From the NCBI GenBank assembly GCA_027729925.1, contig JAQCEB010000001.1, positions 23,419-87,418 on the forward strand: 64,000 bases of DNA. Direction: 5' to 3'. The DNA comes from Actinomycetota bacterium (GTDB lineage: Bacteria; Actinomycetota; Acidimicrobiia; Actinomarinales; Actinomarinaceae). This document shows, piece by piece, positions 9,864 to 18,590 of the stretch. Each line of letters opens with the position of its first letter. Position 1 is the first letter of the stretch. The notes beneath the pieces were generated by a model, which was not told the origin of the DNA, searched no databases, and was given only the letters and a program-made list of their open reading frames with translations. The translations under genes were made by a program, and so were the position numbers.

Positions 9864-10367
9864 ATTTCAGAGAATAGAACTTTAATTTTAAATTCTACTT
9901 TTCAACCACTTGCAGTTGTAAGCTATCAAAGAGCTGTCACACTCCTTTTCAATAATAAAATTAATTCATTAAAAGATTCTGATATTTATCTTTCTTCGGT
10001 TAGTAAAAAAATTTATATCCCAAAAGTAGCTGTGCTAAAATATTTTGTTAAGGCTCCTTACATTAGAAGAGTTGCACTTACAAAAGAAAATGTTTTCATA
10101 AGAGATAATTATGAATGTCAATATTGTGGTGCTATTGCAGAGTCGTTAGATCACGTAACCCCAAAATCGAAAGGTGGTTCTCACGAATGGTCCAATGTTG
10201 TAGCATGTTGTAAAAAGTGCAACTTAGTAAAAGCTGATAAATTTATTAATCAAACAAATTTAAAATTAAAAATCTCACCTTTCCCACCAAAAGGTAATTT
10301 TTGGGTTAGAACTATTATTGGAAATAATCCCGACCCAGCATGGGAGGTCTATTTAGAAACCGCTTAA
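9864..10367 (+). CDS. HNH endonuclease (start codon uncertain, probably non-canonical ATT/ATA)
   Basis: The HNH core CQYCG...LDHVTPKSKGG...WSNVVACCKKCNLVKADK is intact. The conserved N-terminal region RTLILNSTFQPLAVVSYQRAVTLLFNNKI lies in the same frame upstream of the first GTG (10032). That frame is open from 9861 after TAA 9858-60 with no ATG/GTG/TTG. GAGG at 9853-56 precedes ATA 9861 and ATT 9864. Confidence 0.6.
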   Translation: MSENRTLILNSTFQPLAVVSYQRAVTLLFNNKINSLKDSDIYLSSVSKKIYIPKVAVLKYFVKAPYIRRVALTKENVFIRDNYECQYCGAIAESLDHVTPKSKGGSHEWSNVVACCKKCNLVKADKFINQTNLKLKISPFPPKGNFWVRTIIGNNPDPAWEVYLETA

Positions 10368-10384
10368 ATTTTTTTTATTTTGTG

Positions 10385-10413
10385 TTGCATTGTGGGATAT
10401 TATGTCATATAAT
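10385..10413 (+). promoter_or_regulatory. sigma-70-like promoter of the dcw cluster (TTGCAT-17 nt-TATAAT)
   Basis: Near-consensus -35 TTGCAT (10385-90) and -10 TATAAT (10408-13) with a 17-nt spacer, about 37 nt upstream of the mraZ GTG. Confidence 0.6.
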
Positions 10414-10449
10414 GTCAGAAAGTGGTTCAAGGCACGAAAGGCGGATAAA

Positions 10450-10875
10450 GTGTTCCTTGGTGAGTTTCAACACACAATGGATTCTAAGGGAAGAGTGGTT
10501 ATACCTTCTAAGTTTAGAGACGAGCTTCAACAGGGCTGTGTAGTCACCAAGGGACAAGATAACTGTCTTCAAATACTGACTAAAAAAAATTGGAACATTG
10601 AAGCTGAAAGGATGGCTTCGTTACCATCTACTGATAAAACATCTAGACAACTAAGAAGAGCACTATTTAGTGGTGCAATTGATGTGAAGATTGACACAGC
10701 TGGAAGAGTTCAGATTCCTGAAAATCTTAGAATATATAGTGGTTTAGAGATAAACGATGAAGTTACCGTAACTGGCTCTGGTCCAGTAGTAGAAGTATGG
10801 TCAACAAGAAATTGGAAAAAAATTCAAACTGAAGCTGATCAAGCTTTTGCAAATATTAATGAAGTGAAAGGATAG
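10450..10875 (+). CDS. mraZ: transcriptional regulator MraZ
   Basis: From the GTG start, (M)FLGEFQHTMDSKGRVVIPSKFRD... reproduces the canonical MFLG...DxKGR N-terminus, with the second half repeat GRVQIPENLR. The SD-like AAGGCGG lies 6 nt upstream. The upstream ATG 10390 falls inside the predicted promoter. Confidence 0.85.
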   Translation: MFLGEFQHTMDSKGRVVIPSKFRDELQQGCVVTKGQDNCLQILTKKNWNIEAERMASLPSTDKTSRQLRRALFSGAIDVKIDTAGRVQIPENLRIYSGLEINDEVTVTGSGPVVEVWSTRNWKKIQTEADQAFANINEVKG

Positions 10876-10882
10876 TTCATAG

Positions 10883-10959
10883 CCAGCTCTCTAGACAACT
10901 AAATTGGAATACCCTTACTCCGCCCAACTTTCCAATTGGTGCCAGTTCTAGAGAGCTGG
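10883..10959 (+). promoter_or_regulatory. nested inverted repeats in the mraZ-rsmH spacer (outer 13 bp, inner 8 bp)
   Basis: ccagctctctaga (10883-95) pairs with tctagagagctgg (10947-59), a perfect 13-bp stem. It encloses aattggaa (10902-09) / ttccaatt (10930-37). The outer 3' arm ends 2 nt before the rsmH ATG, so it would occlude the ribosome-binding site. Confidence 0.5.
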
Positions 10960-10961
10960 GT

Positions 10962-11879
10962 ATGAACAACAGGGTAGAGTACAAAGAGCATATTGGAGTA
11001 ATGAAAGAAGAAGTTATTAATATTTTAACTTCTTTACCTAAAGGAATATTCATAGATGCAACTTATGGATATGGCTCACATTTTGATTACTTTTTAAATA
11101 ATTGTCATCATCTTTCTTTTATAGGATTTGATAGAGATGCTGACGCTGTAATTAATTCAAAACCTGAACATAAAGTATTTAAATTAAACTTTTCTAATAT
11201 CCCAGATTTTCTAATAAAAAATAAAATATCTAATTTAAGTGGAATTTTATATGATTTTGGCGTTTCCTCACATCAAATAGATTCTGAAAAAAGAGGATTC
11301 TCTTTTCAGCACAATTCTGATTTAGATATGAGAATGGATCAATCACAATATAAATCTGCTCTAAATGTTTTAAATGAGTATCTTTTAACAGATTTAATTT
11401 ATATTTTTAAAAACTATGGCGAGTTAAAAAATTCTAAACAATTAGCAAATGCAATTTTTAATAATAGACCTTTACAGACTTCTAATGATTTAAAAAATCT
11501 TATTAAAAATACTTTGCCACCACAAAACCCAAAATATATAGAAAAAACAATTAGAAAAGTATTTCAGTCTATTCGAATTGAAGTTAATGATGAATTACGA
11601 GAAATAGAAGAATCATTAAAGAAAGTAAAGAAGTTTATTCAAAAAGATGGAGCTATAATTTGTCTAACATACCAGTCACTTGAAGATAAAATTGTAAAAA
11701 ATTTTTTTAGACTTGAAACGACAGGGTGTGTTTGTGATCCAAAAATATCAATATGTGTTTGTAACCAAGTACCAAATTTTAAATTTGGAAAATCAAAAAA
11801 AATAAGACCAAATATAAGTGAAATTAATTCTAACTCTAGATCTAAATCAGCAACATTAAGGTATGGAATTAAACTATGA
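10962..11879 (+). CDS. rsmH: 16S rRNA (cytosine1402-N4)-methyltransferase
   Basis: HIGVMKEEVI...DATYGYGSHF SAM-binding N-terminus. Canonical position after mraZ. Confidence 0.9.
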   Translation: MNNRVEYKEHIGVMKEEVINILTSLPKGIFIDATYGYGSHFDYFLNNCHHLSFIGFDRDADAVINSKPEHKVFKLNFSNIPDFLIKNKISNLSGILYDFGVSSHQIDSEKRGFSFQHNSDLDMRMDQSQYKSALNVLNEYLLTDLIYIFKNYGELKNSKQLANAIFNNRPLQTSNDLKNLIKNTLPPQNPKYIEKTIRKVFQSIRIEVNDELREIEESLKKVKKFIQKDGAIICLTYQSLEDKIVKNFFRLETTGCVCDPKISICVCNQVPNFKFGKSKKIRPNISEINSNSRSKSATLRYGIKL

Positions 11880-12199
11880 AATTAAAAAGTGTTCTCTTTG
11901 TTTTATTTGCACTATCGTTTTTTTCTATAATTTTAAGTTTGTTAACAAACACTCAAGTAAATATTCTTTCAAGTCAATTAACTACTTTAAACAGGCAACT
12001 TGTTGAGCTAGAAATTGAAAAAGAGTCCACTTCGAATATTTTTCAAGAAAAATATTCTATTAAAAATATCGACGAGCTATCGAAATCATATAATTTTGTT
12101 AGATTAGATGTTTTTACAATCAAAAGTGATTTAATACCTCCCTATAAAATTCTTGATAAAAATATCGAAGTTGATATTTTAAGTTATTTTGGAAAATGA
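11876..12199 (+). CDS. ftsL: cell division protein FtsL-like (small bitopic membrane protein)
   Basis: 107 aa with a single N-terminal TM helix then a coiled-coil region. Sits between rsmH and ftsI with ATGA overlaps on both sides. Confidence 0.5.
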   Translation: MKLKSVLFVLFALSFFSIILSLLTNTQVNILSSQLTTLNRQLVELEIEKESTSNIFQEKYSIKNIDELSKSYNFVRLDVFTIKSDLIPPYKILDKNIEVDILSYFGK

Positions 12200-13869
12200 A
12201 ATTTCATAAAATAAAAATTTGGAGCTTATTTACAGTATTTGTCTTTGTTTTTCTTACTTTTTCAAGTCTATTTTTAAGTAAAGTTTATGAACTTCAGTTT
12301 ACAAAAGCAGAATACTTCCAAGAGCAAGCTTTGTCATATAGAGTTAAAACTGAAGTTCTCGAATCTAGAAGAGGAAGCATATACGACAGAAATCTAATTG
12401 TTTTAGCTTCCAGTACAAATTCTTATGATATTGGAATATATCCAAACAAAGTTGATGACATAAAAAACTTAACAACCCTTCTTTCTAGTATTTTAAATAT
12501 TGAAGTTAATAATCTCTTATCTAAATTAGTTAATAGCGATAGATTTTTTTATGTTGCTCGAAATGTCAATTATGAGATAGGTAATGAAATTAAAACTTGG
12601 CAAGTTAAAGGTATCGAAGTAATTCCATCAAGTAAAAGAATAGTACATGAAAATTCTTTTGAAAAAATACTGGGTAAAGTAGACACTGATCAAAATGGAA
12701 TTGAAGGATTAGAGCTTTATTACGATAATGTTTTAAAAGGTACTGATGGTAAAATTCAATACGAAGCCTCTCCGGATGGAACTATAATTCCTCAAGCAAA
12801 AATTGTAACCACTCAACCAATTCATGGAGAAGATTTAATTTTAACTTTAGATTCAGAGTATCAATATTTAAGTCAAAATTTATGTAGAGAAGCACTCAAA
12901 AACACAGATGCGTTGAATTGTTCAATTGTGTTTGCAAATGCAAATACCGGTGAAATAATTATTTCAGTTGAGGAAAAAAACGAAAACGAAAATTTGAATA
13001 TAAACTTAATAAGTGCAAGAGCTCAATACGAACCGGGATCATCTTTAAAAATCTTTTCTGTAGGTTTAGCACTTAATAATGGATTAATAGACGAAGACAC
13101 CATTTTTTTGGTAAACGACAAAATTGAAATTATTGAAGGTTCCTGTAATGCTAACTATCAAGGTTACAAAGGTTGTTATAGAGATTTTTTGAAACATGAA
13201 CCCTATAAATTAACAGTTAAAGAAATCATAGAAAGATCTTCAAATGTTGGAGCTATTTTGGCTACTAAAGATTTAGAAATTACTGAGTTAGAGAATTTTT
13301 TACAAAGTTTTGGTTTTAATCAAAAAACTGGTATCGAGTTATCTGGAGAAGCAAAAGGTAGTTTTTCAGAATATAATATTTGTAAAACATGCCTTACTTC
13401 TTTAGCTATAGGATACTCCGTAAATGTAACTCAACTTCAAATGGTAAAAGCTTACTCTATCATAGTAAATGGTGGAAAAGATATTGAATTAACCTTGATA
13501 AAAAAGCCTCAAAATTTTGAAAATCAAAATCAAGTTATTTCAGAGGTTCTTTCAATTAGATTGAAAAATTTATTAATAAATGTAGTTGAAGGTGAGAATG
13601 GAACTGGAAGATCTGTCAAAAAAGAAAATTTAACTATTGGGGGTAAAACCGGTACAAGTAGAACACATTTGGAGGGTGTTGGATATTCAAACACAAGATT
13701 TAATACTTCTTTTACAGGATTTATTGAATCTGAAAACGGTCCAATTGTAGGATCAGTAATTCTTTGGGGAGCCTCTGTTTCTCCTTACACTGAATATGTA
13801 ACAGGTGGTTCAACTGCAGCACCTATTTTTAAATCTATAATTGAGTTTTTAATTCCTGGAACAAAATGA
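12196..13869 (+). CDS. ftsI: penicillin-binding protein (class B transpeptidase, FtsI-type)
   Basis: N-terminal TM helix. Transpeptidase motifs SSLK (SxxK), SSN (SxN) and KTGTS (KTG). Confidence 0.85.
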   Translation: MKFHKIKIWSLFTVFVFVFLTFSSLFLSKVYELQFTKAEYFQEQALSYRVKTEVLESRRGSIYDRNLIVLASSTNSYDIGIYPNKVDDIKNLTTLLSSILNIEVNNLLSKLVNSDRFFYVARNVNYEIGNEIKTWQVKGIEVIPSSKRIVHENSFEKILGKVDTDQNGIEGLELYYDNVLKGTDGKIQYEASPDGTIIPQAKIVTTQPIHGEDLILTLDSEYQYLSQNLCREALKNTDALNCSIVFANANTGEIIISVEEKNENENLNINLISARAQYEPGSSLKIFSVGLALNNGLIDEDTIFLVNDKIEIIEGSCNANYQGYKGCYRDFLKHEPYKLTVKEIIERSSNVGAILATKDLEITELENFLQSFGFNQKTGIELSGEAKGSFSEYNICKTCLTSLAIGYSVNVTQLQMVKAYSIIVNGGKDIELTLIKKPQNFENQNQVISEVLSIRLKNLLINVVEGENGTGRSVKKENLTIGGKTGTSRTHLEGVGYSNTRFNTSFTGFIESENGPIVGSVILWGASVSPYTEYVTGGSTAAPIFKSIIEFLIPGTK

Positions 13870-15266
13870 ACGAATTATTATCTTTATCTGATTTTTCAAA
13901 GTTATCAATTAATTATGATAATGTTGTTAATAGTTCTTTAGACGTTAATAATGATTCAATATTGATTATTGATAATGATAATTCAGAAAAATTAAACAAA
14001 TATATAGATGATGCATTAAAAAAAAATGTTAAACAAATAATTACAAGTGATAAAACGAAAATTGATAATAATAAAATACTAAAATTTAGTAATTACGATC
14101 AAATATTTAATATTGTTCTTGAAAATATTTATAAAAATTATAAAAAATTAAAGTACTTAGGCATTACTGGTACAAATGGAAAAACAACTTCAGGTTTTTA
14201 TTTAAATCAAATGCTCGGAGGGACTAGTTTATTCGTAGGCACAATAGATCAAAATAATGACTTTTCTTTTACTAATGAAGTACATTTAACAACGCCAAAA
14301 TTATTTAACTTGCTTAAATTACTTCGAATGAAAAAAACTAATATTTCTTCAGTGATACTTGAAGTATCTTCTCATGCACTTGAACAAAAAAGATTATTAA
14401 ATTTAGTTTTTGAAGTTTCAGGTTTCACAAATTTGTCACAAGATCATTTAGATTATCACATGAACATGGAAAGTTATTTTTTAGCAAAATCAAAATTATT
14501 TAACGAAGGTGTTTCAAAGAGAATGGTTTATCTTGATTCAATATATGGAAGACGTTTAGCTAAGTTATCTTCAATCCCAAAAACTAGTATAGGGATTGGA
14601 AAACAAAATGATATAACTTTCAAAGAGTCTAAGTCATTTGATGAGATAGATATAAGTTTTTTTGGAGAAAACTATAAATTCGATCCAAGACTACGAGGAC
14701 CAAAAGTAATTGAAAATTTTCTTCTTGCTTTTACTATGGCGTTCTATTCTGAAAAGTTTGAAATAAGTGAATTAATAAATTTATCAAAAAATATTCAAAA
14801 CCCTATAGGTAGGTATCAAAGAGTAGAATCTAAAAATTATGAAATAATAATTGACTTTGCTCACACTCCACAAGCTATTAAAGAAGTAATTCAATATGCT
14901 AAAACTCAAAAAGATATTGTAAAAGTAATATTTGGAGCTGGAGGTAATAGAGATAAAAGTAAAAGAAAATTTATGGGTGAAGCAGCTGCTTCTGCTGATG
15001 AAATAATTGTTAGTAATGACAATCCAAGAAATGAAGATCCACTTGAAATTTCTAAAGACATTTTAGAAGGTATACCATTAAACAAAAATGTAAAAGTAAT
15101 TTTAGATAGAGAAGAAGCGATAAATACATCTATAACAAATCTAAAGGAAAATGAAATTCTATTAATATTAGGTAAAGGTCATGAAAAAACGCAAGAAATT
15201 GATAATAAAATGTTGAGTTTTGATGATTTTGAAATTGCTACTAGAGCATTAAAGGCTTATAAATGA
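13866..15266 (+). CDS. murE: UDP-N-acetylmuramoyl-L-alanyl-D-glutamate--2,6-diaminopimelate ligase
   Basis: GITGTNGKTT P-loop and the MurE-specific DNPRNEDP motif (DAP recognition). The N-terminal 100 aa are highly diverged. Confidence 0.85.
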   Translation: MNELLSLSDFSKLSINYDNVVNSSLDVNNDSILIIDNDNSEKLNKYIDDALKKNVKQIITSDKTKIDNNKILKFSNYDQIFNIVLENIYKNYKKLKYLGITGTNGKTTSGFYLNQMLGGTSLFVGTIDQNNDFSFTNEVHLTTPKLFNLLKLLRMKKTNISSVILEVSSHALEQKRLLNLVFEVSGFTNLSQDHLDYHMNMESYFLAKSKLFNEGVSKRMVYLDSIYGRRLAKLSSIPKTSIGIGKQNDITFKESKSFDEIDISFFGENYKFDPRLRGPKVIENFLLAFTMAFYSEKFEISELINLSKNIQNPIGRYQRVESKNYEIIIDFAHTPQAIKEVIQYAKTQKDIVKVIFGAGGNRDKSKRKFMGEAAASADEIIVSNDNPRNEDPLEISKDILEGIPLNKNVKVILDREEAINTSITNLKENEILLILGKGHEKTQEIDNKMLSFDDFEIATRALKAYK

Positions 15267-16321
15267 TTGGAATAATTGTTTCGGGAGGATTAAGTTTTAT
15301 TTTTGTTATTTTATTAACAAAACTTGGCGTAAATTTTTTTAAGTCAAAAAGTATTGGTCAAGAAATTCAAGAAGAGTTAAGTTTTCATGATCACAAAAAA
15401 GGAACACCTACTATGGGTGGTGTTTTTATAATTTTAGGTACCTCATTTGGATATTTTCTTTCACATATAAACTTCTGGACTATTGGTAAAGGCTTTAAAG
15501 TAGAAATTTTAGATATTAATTTTGTCGTTCTTAACATTTTTCTATTAGCTACTTCAATGGGGATAGTCGGACTAATTGATGACTTATTTAAAGTAAAAGC
15601 TGGAAGAAATCTAGGATTAAAACCTGCAAAAAAATTTTTTCTACAAACAATAGTTGCTCTAATTAGTGTTCTATATTTTATCAATATTGAAATTGATACA
15701 ATTTTTTATTTTTTTAGTGGATTTGGTATTAACGTTGGCTTTTTCAAATGGATACTTGTTATTTTTATAATTCTTGGAATAACAAACTCTGTAAATTTTA
15801 CAGATGGATTAGATGGTTTGGTAGCTGGAAGCAGCTCTATAAGTTTTGGTGGTATATTAGTTTTATCATTTTGGATATATAGACATCCTGCTTATTATTC
15901 TCAATTTATCTCAGAAAGCTTATTAACTGTAGACTTATCTTTACTAATCTCTGCAGTAGCTGGCGCGTGTCTCGGATTCCTTTGGTGGAATACAAATCCA
16001 GCAAATATAATTATGGGAGATGTAGGTTCTCATTTTATAGGAGCTCTTTTTCCAATTATACTTTTTTCAATTGGATCAGATGGATTAGTTACTTTTTTCT
16101 GCTTTTTGTTTATTCTTGAAGGTTTGTCAGTCGTAATACAGATACTATCTTTTAAATACAGAAAAAAAAGAGTTTTTAAAATGGCACCTATTCACCATCA
16201 CTTTGAAATGTCTAATTGGGCAGAAACAACAATAATAGTTAGATTCTGGATTATTAATGGCATCGCAATAGTTATTGGACTTGGTTTATTTTATGCAGAT
16301 TTTGTATTGTTTGGACAATAA
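15263..16321 (+). CDS. mraY: phospho-N-acetylmuramoyl-pentapeptide transferase
   Basis: Polytopic membrane protein with NSVNFTDGLDGL and PANIIMGDVGS motifs. Confidence 0.9.
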   Translation: MIGIIVSGGLSFIFVILLTKLGVNFFKSKSIGQEIQEELSFHDHKKGTPTMGGVFIILGTSFGYFLSHINFWTIGKGFKVEILDINFVVLNIFLLATSMGIVGLIDDLFKVKAGRNLGLKPAKKFFLQTIVALISVLYFINIEIDTIFYFFSGFGINVGFFKWILVIFIILGITNSVNFTDGLDGLVAGSSSISFGGILVLSFWIYRHPAYYSQFISESLLTVDLSLLISAVAGACLGFLWWNTNPANIIMGDVGSHFIGALFPIILFSIGSDGLVTFFCFLFILEGLSVVIQILSFKYRKKRVFKMAPIHHHFEMSNWAETTIIVRFWIINGIAIVIGLGLFYADFVLFGQ

Positions 16322-17496
16322 TGACCAATTTAATTATTGGATACGGTACTACTGGTAAATCAATTCAGAAGTATTTACAAAAAATTAACGAGAGTTACTT
16401 AATTTATGATGACAATAATGAAGTTCCAGATGTTGAAAGGTTTAGTGATACTAAATTACAAAAAATTAATACGGTATTTGTTTCACCGGGAATAAATCCA
16501 AATCATTGGATTCTTAAAGAAGCAAAAAAATTAAAAATAAAAATTAAAACAGATATAGAAATGTTTTCAGACTTAAATACTCCTAAACTTATCGGAGTTA
16601 CTGGAACTAATGGCAAAACTAGTTTTGTAAATTATTTAAGTGAGATATTAAATAAAAATGGTTACAAGTCAATAACTGGTGGAAACATTGGCGTATCACC
16701 TTTAGATTATGTTGATGATATAAATCAATATGATTTTATAATTCTTGAACTATCTAGCTTTCAACTTGAATACATAAATAGCATTCATCTAGAAATGGCG
16801 ATAGTTACTAATATATTTGAAGATCATATTGATTGGCACAATTCTTTTAAAAGCTATACACTTACAAAATTAAAAATATTTAACTTTGTAAAAGAAAATT
16901 CAAATAATTATCTTGGAGAAACTGACCGCAGAGTTGTTATTGACAAAAATATTCAGTTCAACAAAGTTCTAAATAAAAAATATAATTTGGATAATTACTT
17001 TGATGAATTTGTAAACCTTATGGTTACAGTTTGTAAAAAATTTGAAATTGAAGAAAATGAGGTTATAAATTTTTTATTAAATCAACCAACGATGGAACAC
17101 AGGTTTGAAAAATTTTTTGAAACAGATAATACTATTTTTATAAATGACTCTAAATCAACAAATTTTCAATCAGTTTATAAAGCAACCACAAAAGTAAATA
17201 ATGCTTTACTTATTTTGCATGGTTTGACTAAAGGAATGAACCCTAAAACATTGAAAGTTTCGGAAAGCGTTAAAGAAGTTTTATTACCTACATATATGGA
17301 TAAATCACTCAATTTTAAAAATATTAAAGTTACAAATTACACTTATTTTGAAGAATTAAAAAATTTAATACATGAAAAATCTAAAAACTACGAATATGTT
17401 TTATTTTCGTGTGGAGGATCAAGTTTCAATGAATTTAAAAATTATAAAGAGCGCGGAGAGAAATTTAAAGAAATTGTAATGGATGCTATGAAATGA
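16321..17496 (+). CDS. murD: UDP-N-acetylmuramoylalanine--D-glutamate ligase
   Basis: GVTGTNGKTS P-loop and a Mur ligase central domain. Canonical position after mraY. Confidence 0.85.
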   Translation: MTNLIIGYGTTGKSIQKYLQKINESYLIYDDNNEVPDVERFSDTKLQKINTVFVSPGINPNHWILKEAKKLKIKIKTDIEMFSDLNTPKLIGVTGTNGKTSFVNYLSEILNKNGYKSITGGNIGVSPLDYVDDINQYDFIILELSSFQLEYINSIHLEMAIVTNIFEDHIDWHNSFKSYTLTKLKIFNFVKENSNNYLGETDRRVVIDKNIQFNKVLNKKYNLDNYFDEFVNLMVTVCKKFEIEENEVINFLLNQPTMEHRFEKFFETDNTIFINDSKSTNFQSVYKATTKVNNALLILHGLTKGMNPKTLKVSESVKEVLLPTYMDKSLNFKNIKVTNYTYFEELKNLIHEKSKNYEYVLFSCGGSSFNEFKNYKERGEKFKEIVMDAMK

Positions 17497-18590
17497 AAAT
17501 TTATAATGATTTATTTTTAAAACGAATAAATATTGTTTCTATTTCGTTACTGGTTACTTTTGGCATTTTATTAAATGTATCTGCTTCATCTGTCCAAGGT
17601 TTGAATCTTTATAATGACAATTTCTTTTTTATAAAAAGACATTTACTAGCTGTAATTATTGGAGTTTTTTTATTTAATGTACTAAAAAACTTTGATATAA
17701 AAACTTTTTCAAAGTTTTCACCAATGCTGATGGGACTAAGTGCGGTTTCGTTATTCTTAGTTTTAACTTATGGAATTGTAGTAGGTGGCAGCAGAAGGTG
17801 GATTGACTTAGGTCCAATAAATTTACAACCAAGTGAGATTTCAAAACCAATAATTCTTTTATGGGTAGCATGCCAGGTCACTTTGAAACATAAAAATGAA
17901 AATGACTTAAAAGTATTATTAAGAACGTTATTTTTACCATTGACATGTGCGACATTAATTTTTCTCGAACCAGATTATGGTACATTTGCAACTATCTGTT
18001 TTATTATTTTTATTCAAATATTTTTCTCTAAAGTAAAGTTTATTATTCCTGCTTCAGTTGTTGCTGTATTTACTCCAATTCTATATTTTCTTGCAAATTC
18101 ATCTGATTATAGAGTTAAAAGAATTCAAACTTGGTTTTCAGGAAAATGTGATTTAGGTCAAGATTTACTTGGAGATTGTTTCCAACTTAATCAAAGCAGG
18201 ATTGCAATTAGTTCTGGGGGGTTATTTGGTCTTGGTCCGGGAACTTCTAGAGCTAGGTGGGGTTCTTTACCCAATGCTTATTCTGACTTTATTGCTTCAA
18301 TAGTCGGTGAGGAATATGGTTTTTTTGGAATGTTCGTATTGGTGTCATTGTTTTTTCTATTAATCACTTCAACATATTTAATTGGAATTAGAGAATCTTC
18401 AAAAATTAAGCAACTTTTTATAATTGGATTTGCTTCCTGGATACTTTTTCAAACAATTATAAATTTAGGAGGTGCTGTTGGATTAATTCCCATAACCGGA
18501 ATGGTTCTTCCATTTATATCTTATGGTTCCACAGCGATGGTTTCTATTTTTGTAGGTTTAGGTATTATGTATTCTAATAATAATGACTAA
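17493..18590 (+). CDS. ftsW: peptidoglycan glycosyltransferase FtsW (SEDS family)
   Basis: 10-TM SEDS protein with SDFIASIVGEEYGFFG and PITGMVLPFISYGS motifs. Confidence 0.85.
   Translation: MKIYNDLFLKRINIVSISLLVTFGILLNVSASSVQGLNLYNDNFFFIKRHLLAVIIGVFLFNVLKNFDIKTFSKFSPMLMGLSAVSLFLVLTYGIVVGGSRRWIDLGPINLQPSEISKPIILLWVACQVTLKHKNENDLKVLLRTLFLPLTCATLIFLEPDYGTFATICFIIFIQIFFSKVKFIIPASVVAVFTPILYFLANSSDYRVKRIQTWFSGKCDLGQDLLGDCFQLNQSRIAISSGGLFGLGPGTSRARWGSLPNAYSDFIASIVGEEYGFFGMFVLVSLFFLLITSTYLIGIRESSKIKQLFIIGFASWILFQTIINLGGAVGLIPITGMVLPFISYGSTAMVSIFVGLGIMYSNNND

Noticed and set aside
10340-10543. 67-aa ORF spanning the mraZ promoter
   Set aside because: It runs through the TTGCAT/TATAAT promoter and into mraZ out of frame. 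Spurious.
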